DNA of 64,000 nucleotides from Patescibacteria group bacterium (GTDB lineage: Bacteria > Patescibacteriota > Microgenomatia > UBA1400 > PJMF01), in the NCBI GenBank assembly GCA_045541795.1, contig JAZQJV010000010.1:8333-72332 (forward strand), written 5' to 3'. The notes under the pieces are model-generated. The model did no database searches. It had not been told where the DNA came from and saw only the letters and a list, made by a program, of their open reading frames with translations. Numbering within the stretch: position 1 is the first letter of the stretch; each line of letters begins with the position of its first letter. Both the position numbers and the translations under genes were made by a program. Of the stretch, positions 18,664 through 26,432 are shown one piece after another.

Positions 18664-20566
18664 CAGTCATACTTTTTTTATCAATCAAGCGCACACTCGC
18701 CCAAAAAATGCCCGTCAACATCCACACCGTAAAGGCCACCTTTGAGGCGACAAAAACATCTATATATAAAGCATTGACTAAAATACCGATCATACCGCCA
18801 AAATAAGCTAAAATCAGCGTGCGATAAATCGGATCAGTCACCAAGCGATGCCGCCAAGCACTAATGAGCGCCCAGACAATCGCTCCATAAAAACAGATAA
18901 ACCCTAAAAGTCCCGTCTCACCAAGCGTGCGTAAATAATTACAATCAGTACTGTCAGCTTCGGTAAACACCGTCAGCGAGTCGCCCTTGGTCAAAGTACC
19001 ATAGCCGCTACCAAGCAAAGGATTACGGCTAAAACCTGCAATCGCATTGGGCCAAAGCGTATCCAACCGAATTGCCATAGATAAGCCGTACTTTTCGGCA
19101 TTCGCTGACCAGGTACGTGGCGCTTCGTAAGTGTACGCATTACCAGAAGCATCATAAGCTGTCAATAAATCTGGGACGTCTACATACACGTCCGCTGGGC
19201 GATTGGCATCTGTGATTTGGCTTTCGCCAAAGTCTTGCTCTGGTATCAAGCTGTCATTGGGTGCTGGCGATTCTTGAGCCGTTGTCTCCACCACTTCGCT
19301 CGCTCCTTCGTCTCGCGTGTCCAGCTCATACATCTTCGTGGCAGCACCTTCACTTTCGCTCTCTATTTGCGTCGGTGTTTGCGTCACAAATTCCTGAGCT
19401 GGAGGATTATCACTGACAATGGGCGAAGGCTGAGTATCGGTAGGCGTCAGGACAGATTGTTCATCCATCACAAACTCGCCCATCTCCACGCCTTCCGGTC
19501 GTTCACGCTGTTTCCAGCCAAGTTTGCCTGGTAACTCTTGCCGCCAAGCCACAAGAGCCTGGTAAGAATTATGCACCAAGCTGATCCGATCAAAAGGATG
19601 CTCAAAACGCTCCACAATATCGCCGCCCCAGCCAAACATAATCACCAAAACAATCACAAAATATACTACCTGCTGCCACAACCACGCACCCATCTTTTGT
19701 TTGAACTCGCCAGAACGCAAAAAAACATCCAAGGCAAACATCAACAGCATACTCACGCCGTAAGCCAAAAATGAAGTCCGCGCCGCCGAAATAATCAGCG
19801 ACCACACACCGGCAAAATGTGCCAGCCAGGAGTATACCCGCATGAATTTACCAGCTGCACCCGGCCAAATTTTACGACTTTCTCGAGCAATCAGCCAGGC
19901 AAACGGCAGTAAGAGCACTAAATAAGCGGCAAAGTCATAATGACCACCAAAAGTCGACTGCACGCGCGCATGCTCAGTCAAGCGTAAAGCCACACCCTTA
20001 GAAAATTCCCGATTCATCGTAGAATACACTGGCCAGTACAAATACTTTTGTCCCCAGCCATACACGCTCACTGCCATCACCGTAGTCACCAGGCAGGCTG
20101 ACAAAATTGGCAACACCTTTTTATTTTTGATACTACTATAAAAAACAAAAGCCAGAAAAAAGTACTCGATGTAACGGGCCCAGTGCAAAAATGACTTCGC
20201 CACATGCACTCCGGCAACCAAAACATTACTGATCGACCACACGCCATCTTTTAAATCAAAAGGAATCGTGTGAATGACAAAAATTCCCGTCAGTATAGAT
20301 AAGAATCCAAACGCAACGTAAGCTGCAATCAGCTGCCAAGTGGGCATCCGCCAGCGCACCTTACCTCGCCACATCTGGATGAGATAAATAACAAATGTGA
20401 TAAAGACCAACACATCTTCCAGCCGTAACCGGACAATATAGCCAGGCAAAATCGAGGCCAAAGGAATTTTGGGCCACAGCGGGATGAAAAAAAGCAAAAA
20501 CACGCTCATATAGAGCAAAAAATACTCATCAAACCATGCCAAAACTCGCCTAAACGCTTCTTTCAT
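18650..20566 (-). CDS. O-antigen ligase/polymerase-like (Wzy_C) membrane protein
   Basis: Multi-TM; RVQSTFGG, ARTS, RLDTLW, NPLLGSG, YLRTLGETGLLG; large acidic loop. Confidence 0.8.
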   Translation of the reverse strand: MKEAFRRVLAWFDEYFLLYMSVFLLFFIPLWPKIPLASILPGYIVRLRLEDVLVFITFVIYLIQMWRGKVRWRMPTWQLIAAYVAFGFLSILTGIFVIHTIPFDLKDGVWSISNVLVAGVHVAKSFLHWARYIEYFFLAFVFYSSIKNKKVLPILSACLVTTVMAVSVYGWGQKYLYWPVYSTMNREFSKGVALRLTEHARVQSTFGGHYDFAAYLVLLLPFAWLIARESRKIWPGAAGKFMRVYSWLAHFAGVWSLIISAARTSFLAYGVSMLLMFALDVFLRSGEFKQKMGAWLWQQVVYFVIVLVIMFGWGGDIVERFEHPFDRISLVHNSYQALVAWRQELPGKLGWKQRERPEGVEMGEFVMDEQSVLTPTDTQPSPIVSDNPPAQEFVTQTPTQIESESEGAATKMYELDTRDEGASEVVETTAQESPAPNDSLIPEQDFGESQITDANRPADVYVDVPDLLTAYDASGNAYTYEAPRTWSANAEKYGLSMAIRLDTLWPNAIAGFSRNPLLGSGYGTLTKGDSLTVFTEADSTDCNYLRTLGETGLLGFICFYGAIVWALISAWRHRLVTDPIYRTLILAYFGGMIGILVNALYIDVFVASKVAFTVWMLTGIFWASVRLIDKKSMTVDNA

Positions 20567-20609
20567 ACGCCTATTATACCACGCTTCTGCCTATTTCTCG
20601 CACCAATTT

Positions 20610-20660
20610 TTAGCACTACTAGCAGTTAGGTGTTGACATTGCCAAAAATCGTGGTATAAT
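20610..20660 (+). promoter_or_regulatory. hsp20 promoter with degenerate CIRCE
   Basis: TTAGCACTA (20610-20618) matches the CIRCE left arm; right arm degenerate and overlapping TTGACA (20633-20638); TATAAT at 20655-20660. Confidence 0.6.
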
Positions 20661-20695
20661 TAACTCAATTATAAATTATTACAGAAAGGAGCACC

Positions 20696-21127
20696 ATGTA
20701 CATGACAATGGTTCCCAGAAGACGCCACAGCGATTTCGATCTTTTCGACAGCTTTTTTGGCGGCAATGATTTTTTCAGTTCTCCCAGCAATGCTCTGATG
20801 AAAACTGACATCCGCGAACATGACGACAAATACGAGCTCGACATTGATTTGCCAGGATTTCACAAAGACAACATCGATGTAGAACTCAAGGACGGATACT
20901 TAACAGTCGCCGCCAAGCAGCACAAGAAAAATGACGAAAAAGAATCCGGCCGAATTGTCCGTCAAGAACGGTTCTACGGCGAATGCTCACGCAGTTTCTA
21001 TGTGGGCGATGACGTCACCCAAGAAGATATCAAAGCATCCTTCCAAGATGGTATCTTGCGCATCGACATCCCCAAAAAGGAAGAAACCGAAAAACTGCCA
21101 GAAAGCACTAAAATTGCAATTGACTAA
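20696..21127 (+). CDS. Small heat-shock protein, Hsp20/alpha-crystallin family
   Basis: LMKTDIRE, DLPGFHKDNI, QERFYGECSRSFYVG, ASFQDGIL.I.IPK; SD AAAGGAG. Confidence 0.95.
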   Translation: MYMTMVPRRRHSDFDLFDSFFGGNDFFSSPSNALMKTDIREHDDKYELDIDLPGFHKDNIDVELKDGYLTVAAKQHKKNDEKESGRIVRQERFYGECSRSFYVGDDVTQEDIKASFQDGILRIDIPKKEETEKLPESTKIAID

Positions 21128-21148
21128 ATCAAAATCAATTTGCCAAGC

Positions 21149-21183
21149 AAACGGGAGACAGCAATGCCTCCCGTTTCTGTTTT
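21149..21183 (+). terminator. Intrinsic terminator after hsp20
   Basis: AAACGGGAG...CTCCCGTTT stem, then a T-rich tail. Confidence 0.7.
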
Positions 21184-21202
21184 GAGACAACTATTTCAGT
21201 TA

Positions 21203-21252
21203 TTCGGTAATTTTTATCACATATTCGGTAATGACAATCAGTTCTTCGGTAA
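21203..21252. repeat. Three TTCGGTAA copies at exact 21-bp period
   Basis: Copies start at 21203, 21224 and 21245. Confidence 0.85.
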
Positions 21253-21264
21253 ATGAGAAAAATA

Positions 21265-21365
21265 AAATTGAGTATTTTTTGTGTACAATAAATAAATTAA
21301 TACTTATTTACCAATATAAATAAAATATAATAAAAACATTAGCAGACAACAGTCAAGACTGCCAA
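21265..21365. repeat. 101-bp AT-rich dispersed repeat, copy A
   Basis: Ungapped match to 35966-36066, about 78/101 identical by manual count. Confidence 0.85.
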
Positions 21366-21376
21366 TAATATCTCAC

Positions 21377-21404
21377 AAAAACTGCGCCCTGTTTGAGAGC
21401 GCAG
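21377..21404 (-). terminator. Hairpin/terminator of the FISUMP cassette
   Basis: Minus strand CTGCGCTCT-CAAAC-AGGGCGCAG followed by TTTTT. Confidence 0.75.
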
Positions 21405-21430
21405 CACATCTAAAAAGTAGAAAGAGTAGT
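21403..21430 (-). repeat. 28-nt conserved 3' element, copy 1
   Basis: Minus strand ACTACTCTTTCTACTTTTTAGATGTGCT, identical to 61263-61290 (+). Confidence 0.95.
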
Positions 21431-21442
21431 TGATGACAAAAC

Positions 21443-22813
21443 TTAATTGCTTTGGACGCAACGAATAGGCATGCCAAGATATTTACTAATTCCCGGCATA
21501 AAACCAAGAGCGCCGACACGATCGGCTGAATAATAGATGTGATATGCGCGGTCTTGTGTTTTGGCGGTTGAAGACCAATACATGCTCTCACCACCAATGA
21601 ATATCAGTCTCACTATTAATTCCGAACAGTCAGTATCGTAGTTAAATGATGTCCGGCCAGTGTACTGAATTGTATTAAACCCGCCGCCCTTTTTGAAAAA
21701 CGCCACCACATGAGAGCCAGAACCACCATTACGACTAGTGCCAGCGCCAACATAACATGATGACGCCATATCATTACAAGTATTAGTTAAACCAGTCTCA
21801 TTTGTAATGTGATTGTTACCAGAAACGATACCAGCTACTCTATCCACTAAGATTGACCACTCGCCATCACTGCCGCCGGTAGGGATATGCCACCCTTCCG
21901 GACAAACTCCCTGCAGATATTGCGTACCATGATAACCGCTATCGTTTATATTTACGATGCGAGCATCAGGATTACAATCTTGGCCAGAAATACCACAAGG
22001 AGATTGTGTAGCTGCCATCCAATTATAAAAATAACCTAGTTTTTGCGAACTGTCGCTTGCAGATACAGAGGAATAAGGATATAGACAATCTCCGTATGAA
22101 CCATACCAAAATCGACCAGCAGGCGCGTCAGCAGCAGTTTTATCTGTGACTACTTGAGTGTAGCCATCGGCTTGATAAACTGATGCCAAGCGATCAGCAC
22201 ACATATCTACGCCTTTGCCTTTAATGTCATGCCAATAGTGATAATCGCCACCATATTTCAAGTTGTCTGCCATCCAACATTTACCATCTGCAAACTTACG
22301 GACATTATATGTCTTGCCATCGCGATTATCAATCAAACAGGGCCCAGCTGTAAAATTATTTCCGCCTGTCGCCGGAGTCGCAAGGGCACTGCATCCATCC
22401 CAATCTTGCATAGTCATGTAATTATTTGTGTGCTGACAGCCGAAATCTACGATGGGAATACATTTCCGAGCAGTTGGACTCCAGACCTCATCGGCAGAGC
22501 AAGTAGCCTTGTGACATGACTGCAAATATGCAGTCTCGCTACTAAAACACTTCGCATAACCACCCGGATAGGTAATGCCGTCGGGACAGTTACTGTCACC
22601 AGTCGTCTGCCAAGTATTAGCGGCTAGACGCACCAACTTTACTTGCCCGCCAGTGGCAATGACAGAAGCCAATGGCGTATCTACCAGCTTTCTAGTAGTC
22701 ATAGAAGAACTGGCCGCACAGGCTACAGGAATTAGATCTTGACCATGGTCAGTAACCCTTACCGCCAAAGCCGCTAAAATTGCCACAAAAATGATCCGCC
22801 GCCGCATGTGCAT
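21443..22813 (-). CDS. Secreted FISUMP (Fib_succ_major)-domain surface protein
   Basis: Signal peptide; DNRDGKTY, CWMADNL, GYFYNW.AA, GVCPEGWHIPT..EW, YWSST and G.PIRCV motifs. ATG 22813 follows GAAAGG. Confidence 0.9.
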   Translation of the reverse strand: MHMRRRIIFVAILAALAVRVTDHGQDLIPVACAASSSMTTRKLVDTPLASVIATGGQVKLVRLAANTWQTTGDSNCPDGITYPGGYAKCFSSETAYLQSCHKATCSADEVWSPTARKCIPIVDFGCQHTNNYMTMQDWDGCSALATPATGGNNFTAGPCLIDNRDGKTYNVRKFADGKCWMADNLKYGGDYHYWHDIKGKGVDMCADRLASVYQADGYTQVVTDKTAADAPAGRFWYGSYGDCLYPYSSVSASDSSQKLGYFYNWMAATQSPCGISGQDCNPDARIVNINDSGYHGTQYLQGVCPEGWHIPTGGSDGEWSILVDRVAGIVSGNNHITNETGLTNTCNDMASSCYVGAGTSRNGGSGSHVVAFFKKGGGFNTIQYTGRTSFNYDTDCSELIVRLIFIGGESMYWSSTAKTQDRAYHIYYSADRVGALGFMPGISKYLGMPIRCVQSN

Positions 22814-22985
22814 AGTCACCTTTCCTTATTCTCATGAGCTAGCACTCCGGCAGATCCGGAGAAACTGCCCGTTTTCACTGACCCTGACAAAGTAAGCGAA
22901 AGAAATTTGGCAGTCTCTCCATCAGTTCCGCTTACCGTCTACCATGCCCACTATCATAGCGCAGACACTCAACCTGTCAGGGTCA
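22814..22985 (-). ncRNA. Putative structured 5' leader RNA (riboswitch-like), copy 1
   Basis: 11-bp P1 at the predicted TSS, 10-bp inner stem, 12-bp pseudoknot and a competing hairpin; same topology upstream of 60066. Confidence 0.7.
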
Positions 22986-22990
22986 AAGCT

Positions 22991-23019
22991 ATTATAAACC
23001 AGCGGTCACGAATTGTCAA
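22991..23019 (-). promoter_or_regulatory. Perfect consensus sigma70 promoter for the FISUMP cassette
   Basis: TTGACA (23019-23014), 17-nt spacer, TATAAT (22996-22991). Confidence 0.88.
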
Positions 23020-23075
23020 TAACTTATATTTATTCAATATAAGTTCTTATCATCAGTAAAATTGAGTGCATTACC

Positions 23076-23100
23076 AAAATGCTGCCCGCAGGCAGCATTT
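23076..23100 (-). terminator. Terminator-like hairpin ending the S10/spc operon after rplO
   Basis: Plus strand AAATGCTGCC-CGCA-GGCAGCATTT; short T run on the minus strand. Confidence 0.65.
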
Positions 23101-23122
23101 ATTATTTCTATCAAAAATGGAT

Positions 23123-23557
23123 TTAGGCGACGCTGCCGCCGGCAGTTTCGATCACCTTCTTGGCGCCAGCCGATACCCGCAAACCTTGTACGTTTACGGC
23201 CTTCTCCAACTTGCCAGTATTGATGATTTTGGCTGCTTTCACGCGCTTGTCTACCAATCCGGCCAGTTTGAGCGTCTCTAAGGTGACGGTATCACTTTCC
23301 AGTTTCCCCAAATCACCCACATTCACTTCGCCCACTTTAGCGAAAGATTGGAAGCGCGATTTACCACGGATCATTGGTAAACGTTTCACTAAAGGCAATT
23401 GGCCACCCTCAAATATTGGCGCCATGTGCGGACTCTTGCGTGCGCCAGCACCCTTGGTACCGCGTCCAGCAGTCTTACCACGACCACTGCCGTAACCACG
23501 ACCACCACGCTTTTTTGCTTTATCAGTCACTTTGACATTTTGATTTAAAATTGACAT
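23123..23557 (-). CDS. rplO: 50S ribosomal protein L15
   Basis: GRGYGSGRGKTAGRGTKG; FEGGQLPL..RLP. Confidence 0.97.
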   Translation of the reverse strand: MSILNQNVKVTDKAKKRGGRGYGSGRGKTAGRGTKGAGARKSPHMAPIFEGGQLPLVKRLPMIRGKSRFQSFAKVGEVNVGDLGKLESDTVTLETLKLAGLVDKRVKAAKIINTGKLEKAVNVQGLRVSAGAKKVIETAGGSVA

Positions 23558-23567
23558 TTTGGCCTCT

Positions 23568-24299
23568 CTATTTAGACGCCGGCTTCTCAGCCGACTCGGC
23601 TACTTTTTTCTCTGTTTTCTTAGCACTTGCGACTGGTTTTTTCTCAGTTTTCTTCGCTACAGGCTTCTTTTTGGCAGCTGTGGCAGGCTTCTTAGACTTA
23701 GTATCAGCCTTTTTACCAGCTTCTTTCTGCTTATCAGCGGCTTTTGCCTTCGCTGCTTCTTCCTCAAATTTCTTAGCTTCTTCCGCTTCTATTTCGACAA
23801 TAGATTTGAGTTTAATGCCTTTAAGCTCCACCATTTTTTCCATTTGCTTAAGCGCCGCAAAAGTCGCGTATACATTACTCGCTTGATTACCAGAACCAAG
23901 AATTTTGGCAGAAAGATCGCGAATACCAGCTGCCTCCACCACACTGCGGATCGCACCACCAGCAATCACTCCCGAACCCTTTGGTGCCGGTTTCAAAAGC
24001 ACTTTTGCTGCACCTTTTTTCACCCGCACTGGAAAAGGAATAGTAGTGCCATCCATAGGTACATGGATCATATTTTTCTTGGCTTTTTTTACCGCTTTTT
24101 TGATAGAGGAGAGGACGTCTTTGCCTTTACCCAAGCCTACGCCCACACGACCTTTTTTGTCGCCTACAACTACCAAAATCGAAAAACCGAACTGGTTGCC
24201 GCCCTTGGTCTTTTTAGATACCCGAGAAACCTGTACTACTTTTTCTTCGTACTTTTTCTCTTCTGCATTCGCATCTTGATTACGATTGTTAAATGCCAT
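23568..24299 (-). CDS. rpsE: 30S ribosomal protein S5 with Lys/Ala-rich C-terminal extension
   Basis: RVSKKTKGG, LVVVGD..G.VGVG, LKPAP.GSGVIAGG. Confidence 0.97.
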   Translation of the reverse strand: MAFNNRNQDANAEEKKYEEKVVQVSRVSKKTKGGNQFGFSILVVVGDKKGRVGVGLGKGKDVLSSIKKAVKKAKKNMIHVPMDGTTIPFPVRVKKGAAKVLLKPAPKGSGVIAGGAIRSVVEAAGIRDLSAKILGSGNQASNVYATFAALKQMEKMVELKGIKLKSIVEIEAEEAKKFEEEAAKAKAADKQKEAGKKADTKSKKPATAAKKKPVAKKTEKKPVASAKKTEKKVAESAEKPASK

Positions 24300-24300
24300 A

Positions 24301-24669
24301 TTACGCCTCAATTCCATTCTCTCTGATTGCCTCTACCGCTGCCTTGATCCGGCCGTGGAATTGATAAGCCCCACGATCTACAGCTAATTTTTTAATATTC
24401 TTTTCTTGCAGTTTGGCCGCTAAAGCTTTGCCGGTGGCACTCGCGCGCTCGGTCTTAGTAAGAGCCCGATCTAATTGACCTTTTTTCACCAAAGCAAAAT
24501 CGCTCTCACTAGCTTGCACATAGCCGTTCTCACCAATCACCTGCAAGTTTATGTAACGGTTGGTACGAGTGATCACCAGTTTTGGCCGTGACTCCACCGC
24601 CATTATCCGCCGGTGCATCCGTCGTAAACGTCTTTGTCTATTACTTAAATTATGAGTTACTGTTGTCAT
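24301..24669 (-). CDS. rplR: 50S ribosomal protein L18
   Basis: RPKLVITRTNRYI; DRGAYQFHGRIKA. Confidence 0.95.
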   Translation of the reverse strand: MTTVTHNLSNRQRRLRRMHRRIMAVESRPKLVITRTNRYINLQVIGENGYVQASESDFALVKKGQLDRALTKTERASATGKALAAKLQEKNIKKLAVDRGAYQFHGRIKAAVEAIRENGIEA

Positions 24670-24677
24670 GTTGATCC

Positions 24678-25217
24678 TTACTTAGCAGCTGTCTTGCCTT
24701 GCTTACGACGTACTACCTCATCCTCATAACGGATACCTTTGCCTTTATAAGGTTCTGGCGGGCGTACTTTACGGATGTTGGCCGCTACTTGTCCTACTTG
24801 TTGTTTATCAAAACCGCTCACTTTGATCGTGTCCTGGCCTTCTACCGCTAGTTCCACTCCTTCAGGAGGCATAAACTCCACCGTATGCGAAAAGCCCACT
24901 GCTAAGCTAATACATTTCCCTTGAGCCTGTACCCGATAACCGGTGCCCACCAGCTTGAGAGTCTTAGTATAACCATTGGTTACACCCTCAATGGAATTCC
25001 TGATTAATGCCTTAATCAAGCCCACGAAAGCCTTAGTTTGGTTTTCGTCATTCAATTGTTTGACCGTCAACTTATCGGCGTCCAGTTGCACTTCGATACC
25101 TGGCAAAATCGTGACCTTGAGACTGCCTTTGCTGCCTTTGATCACTACTTCACCATTTTCTACGCTCGCCGTAACTCCGGACGGTATAATTATTGGTTTA
25201 TTGGTAATTTTTGCCAT
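24678..25217 (-). CDS. rplF: 50S ribosomal protein L6
   Basis: GTGYR; RPPEPYKGKGIRY. Confidence 0.97.
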   Translation of the reverse strand: MAKITNKPIIIPSGVTASVENGEVVIKGSKGSLKVTILPGIEVQLDADKLTVKQLNDENQTKAFVGLIKALIRNSIEGVTNGYTKTLKLVGTGYRVQAQGKCISLAVGFSHTVEFMPPEGVELAVEGQDTIKVSGFDKQQVGQVAANIRKVRPPEPYKGKGIRYEDEVVRRKQGKTAAK

Positions 25218-25232
25218 ATATCTTTCTTTTTC

Positions 25233-25625
25233 TTACCACACTTGCGCTAATAGCTCACCGCCTAAACCTTTTTGTTTAGCTACATTACCTGCCAAAATAC
25301 CTTGGCTCGTCGATAAAATCGCCAAACCATAGCCATGTAAAACAGCTGGTATTTCTGAGGCCGAGACATACACTCTGCAACCAGGCTTTGAAACACGTTT
25401 CAAATCCGTCAAAGCAGGAGTCACACCAGAGTAGAGGAGAGTTAGCTCTAAATTTGTCTGACCTTTCTCGTTCTGGACTTTTTGTACTTCAGCCAAATAG
25501 CCAGCCTCACGCAGCACTTCGGCAATGCGAGACAAAACCTTAGATGAAGGCAAAGTCACCTTATCCTTACTTGCTAAGTAAGCATTTTTAATTCTTATCA
25601 GCATGTCTGCAATCGTATCAGTCAT
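25233..25625 (-). CDS. rpsH: 30S ribosomal protein S8
   Basis: DTIADMLIRIKNA; SKPGCRVY; GGELLAQVW. Confidence 0.97.
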   Translation of the reverse strand: MTDTIADMLIRIKNAYLASKDKVTLPSSKVLSRIAEVLREAGYLAEVQKVQNEKGQTNLELTLLYSGVTPALTDLKRVSKPGCRVYVSASEIPAVLHGYGLAILSTSQGILAGNVAKQKGLGGELLAQVW

Positions 25626-25633
25626 CTTGGTCC

Positions 25634-25864
25634 TTACTTACTCGCTTTCACCACACCAGGCAACTCGCCGCGATTGGCCAATTCACGAAAAGTCAACCGT
25701 GACAAGCCAAAATAGCGCATATAACCATGCGGCCGCCCAGTAATACTGCAACGATTAACGACGCGATTGGCTACTTTATTGGGTTTTTTTACTCCCAAAC
25801 TGCGATAAAGCGCCTGCTTGCGCGCGAGTTTCTTATTTTTCTCGATTTTAGAAACTTTAGCCAT
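25634..25864 (-). CDS. rpsN: 30S ribosomal protein S14 (zinc-free type, 76 aa)
   Basis: [31 protein letters not shown]; operon position. Confidence 0.95.
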   Translation of the reverse strand: MAKVSKIEKNKKLARKQALYRSLGVKKPNKVANRVVNRCSITGRPHGYMRYFGLSRLTFRELANRGELPGVVKASK

Positions 25865-25882
25865 ATCTATTCCTTCGTCTCG

Positions 25883-26431
25883 TTAATCCTTAGCAAAAGG
25901 CATACCTAATAATTCTAGCATCCGATAAGCATCTTTATCATTACTATTGGTGACAAAATTCACCTGTAAACCACGGATGCGCTCAATTTTATCATATTCA
26001 ATTTGTGGGAAAATAATTTGCTCTTCAATTCCCAAGCTATAATTGCCATGTCCATCAAAAGCAGTTTTACTCACTCCTCTAAAATCCTTCACCCGAGGTA
26101 GCACAATTGCAATCAGCTTATCCACAAATTCCCACATTCTTTCGCCGCGCAACGTCACCATTACACCCATCGGGTCACCAGCGCGCAGTTTAAAATTAGA
26201 AATTGCTTTTTTTGCCACTGTCACCTGGGGCTTTTGACCAGTGATCAAAGCAATTTGAGCACTAATATTTTCCAAAGCCCGACGGCGTTCACGAGGATCC
26301 GCAGGATCAGAAACACCCATATTGACTACAACCTTACGTAATCTGGGCACTTCAAAACGGGTCACCTCGCCTAATTCTTTTTGTAGCTGCGGCGCAATTT
26401 CTTGTATATATCGCTGTTTTAGTCTATTCAT
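25883..26431 (-). CDS. rplE: 50S ribosomal protein L5
   Basis: KVVVNMG, ITGQKP, VTLRGERM, FDGHGNYSLG. Confidence 0.97.
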   Translation of the reverse strand: MNRLKQRYIQEIAPQLQKELGEVTRFEVPRLRKVVVNMGVSDPADPRERRRALENISAQIALITGQKPQVTVAKKAISNFKLRAGDPMGVMVTLRGERMWEFVDKLIAIVLPRVKDFRGVSKTAFDGHGNYSLGIEEQIIFPQIEYDKIERIRGLQVNFVTNSNDKDAYRMLELLGMPFAKD

Positions 26432-26432
26432 A

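Noticed and set aside
21196-21365. CRISPR array
   Set aside because: Repeats are 8-15 nt with 13-nt spacers, and there are no cas genes.
21403-21430. 28-nt element as a XerCD dif site, or as inversion ends for the 40-kb interval
   Set aside because: The length fits, but the arms are not palindromic and do not resemble dif. Inversion between the two copies would only swap downstream hairpins.
22870-22925. Hammerhead (CUGAUG...GAAA) or glycine/SAM-I riboswitch (GGAGAGAC) in leader 1
   Set aside because: The core reads CUGAUGG and GAAA is not placed after stem II. The glycine motifs CCGAAG/UCAGG and the SAM-I AUC/GCAACC core are not arranged as required.
22814-22985. Retron msr-msd (terminal inverted repeats closing an ncRNA)
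   Set aside because: No reverse transcriptase in the window and no long msd hairpin; the downstream gene is a secreted protein.
23559-24326. 255-aa plus-strand ORF and similar antisense ORFs over ribosomal, lon, pil and suf genes
   Set aside because: Shadow frames of well-supported genes with no recognisable motifs.
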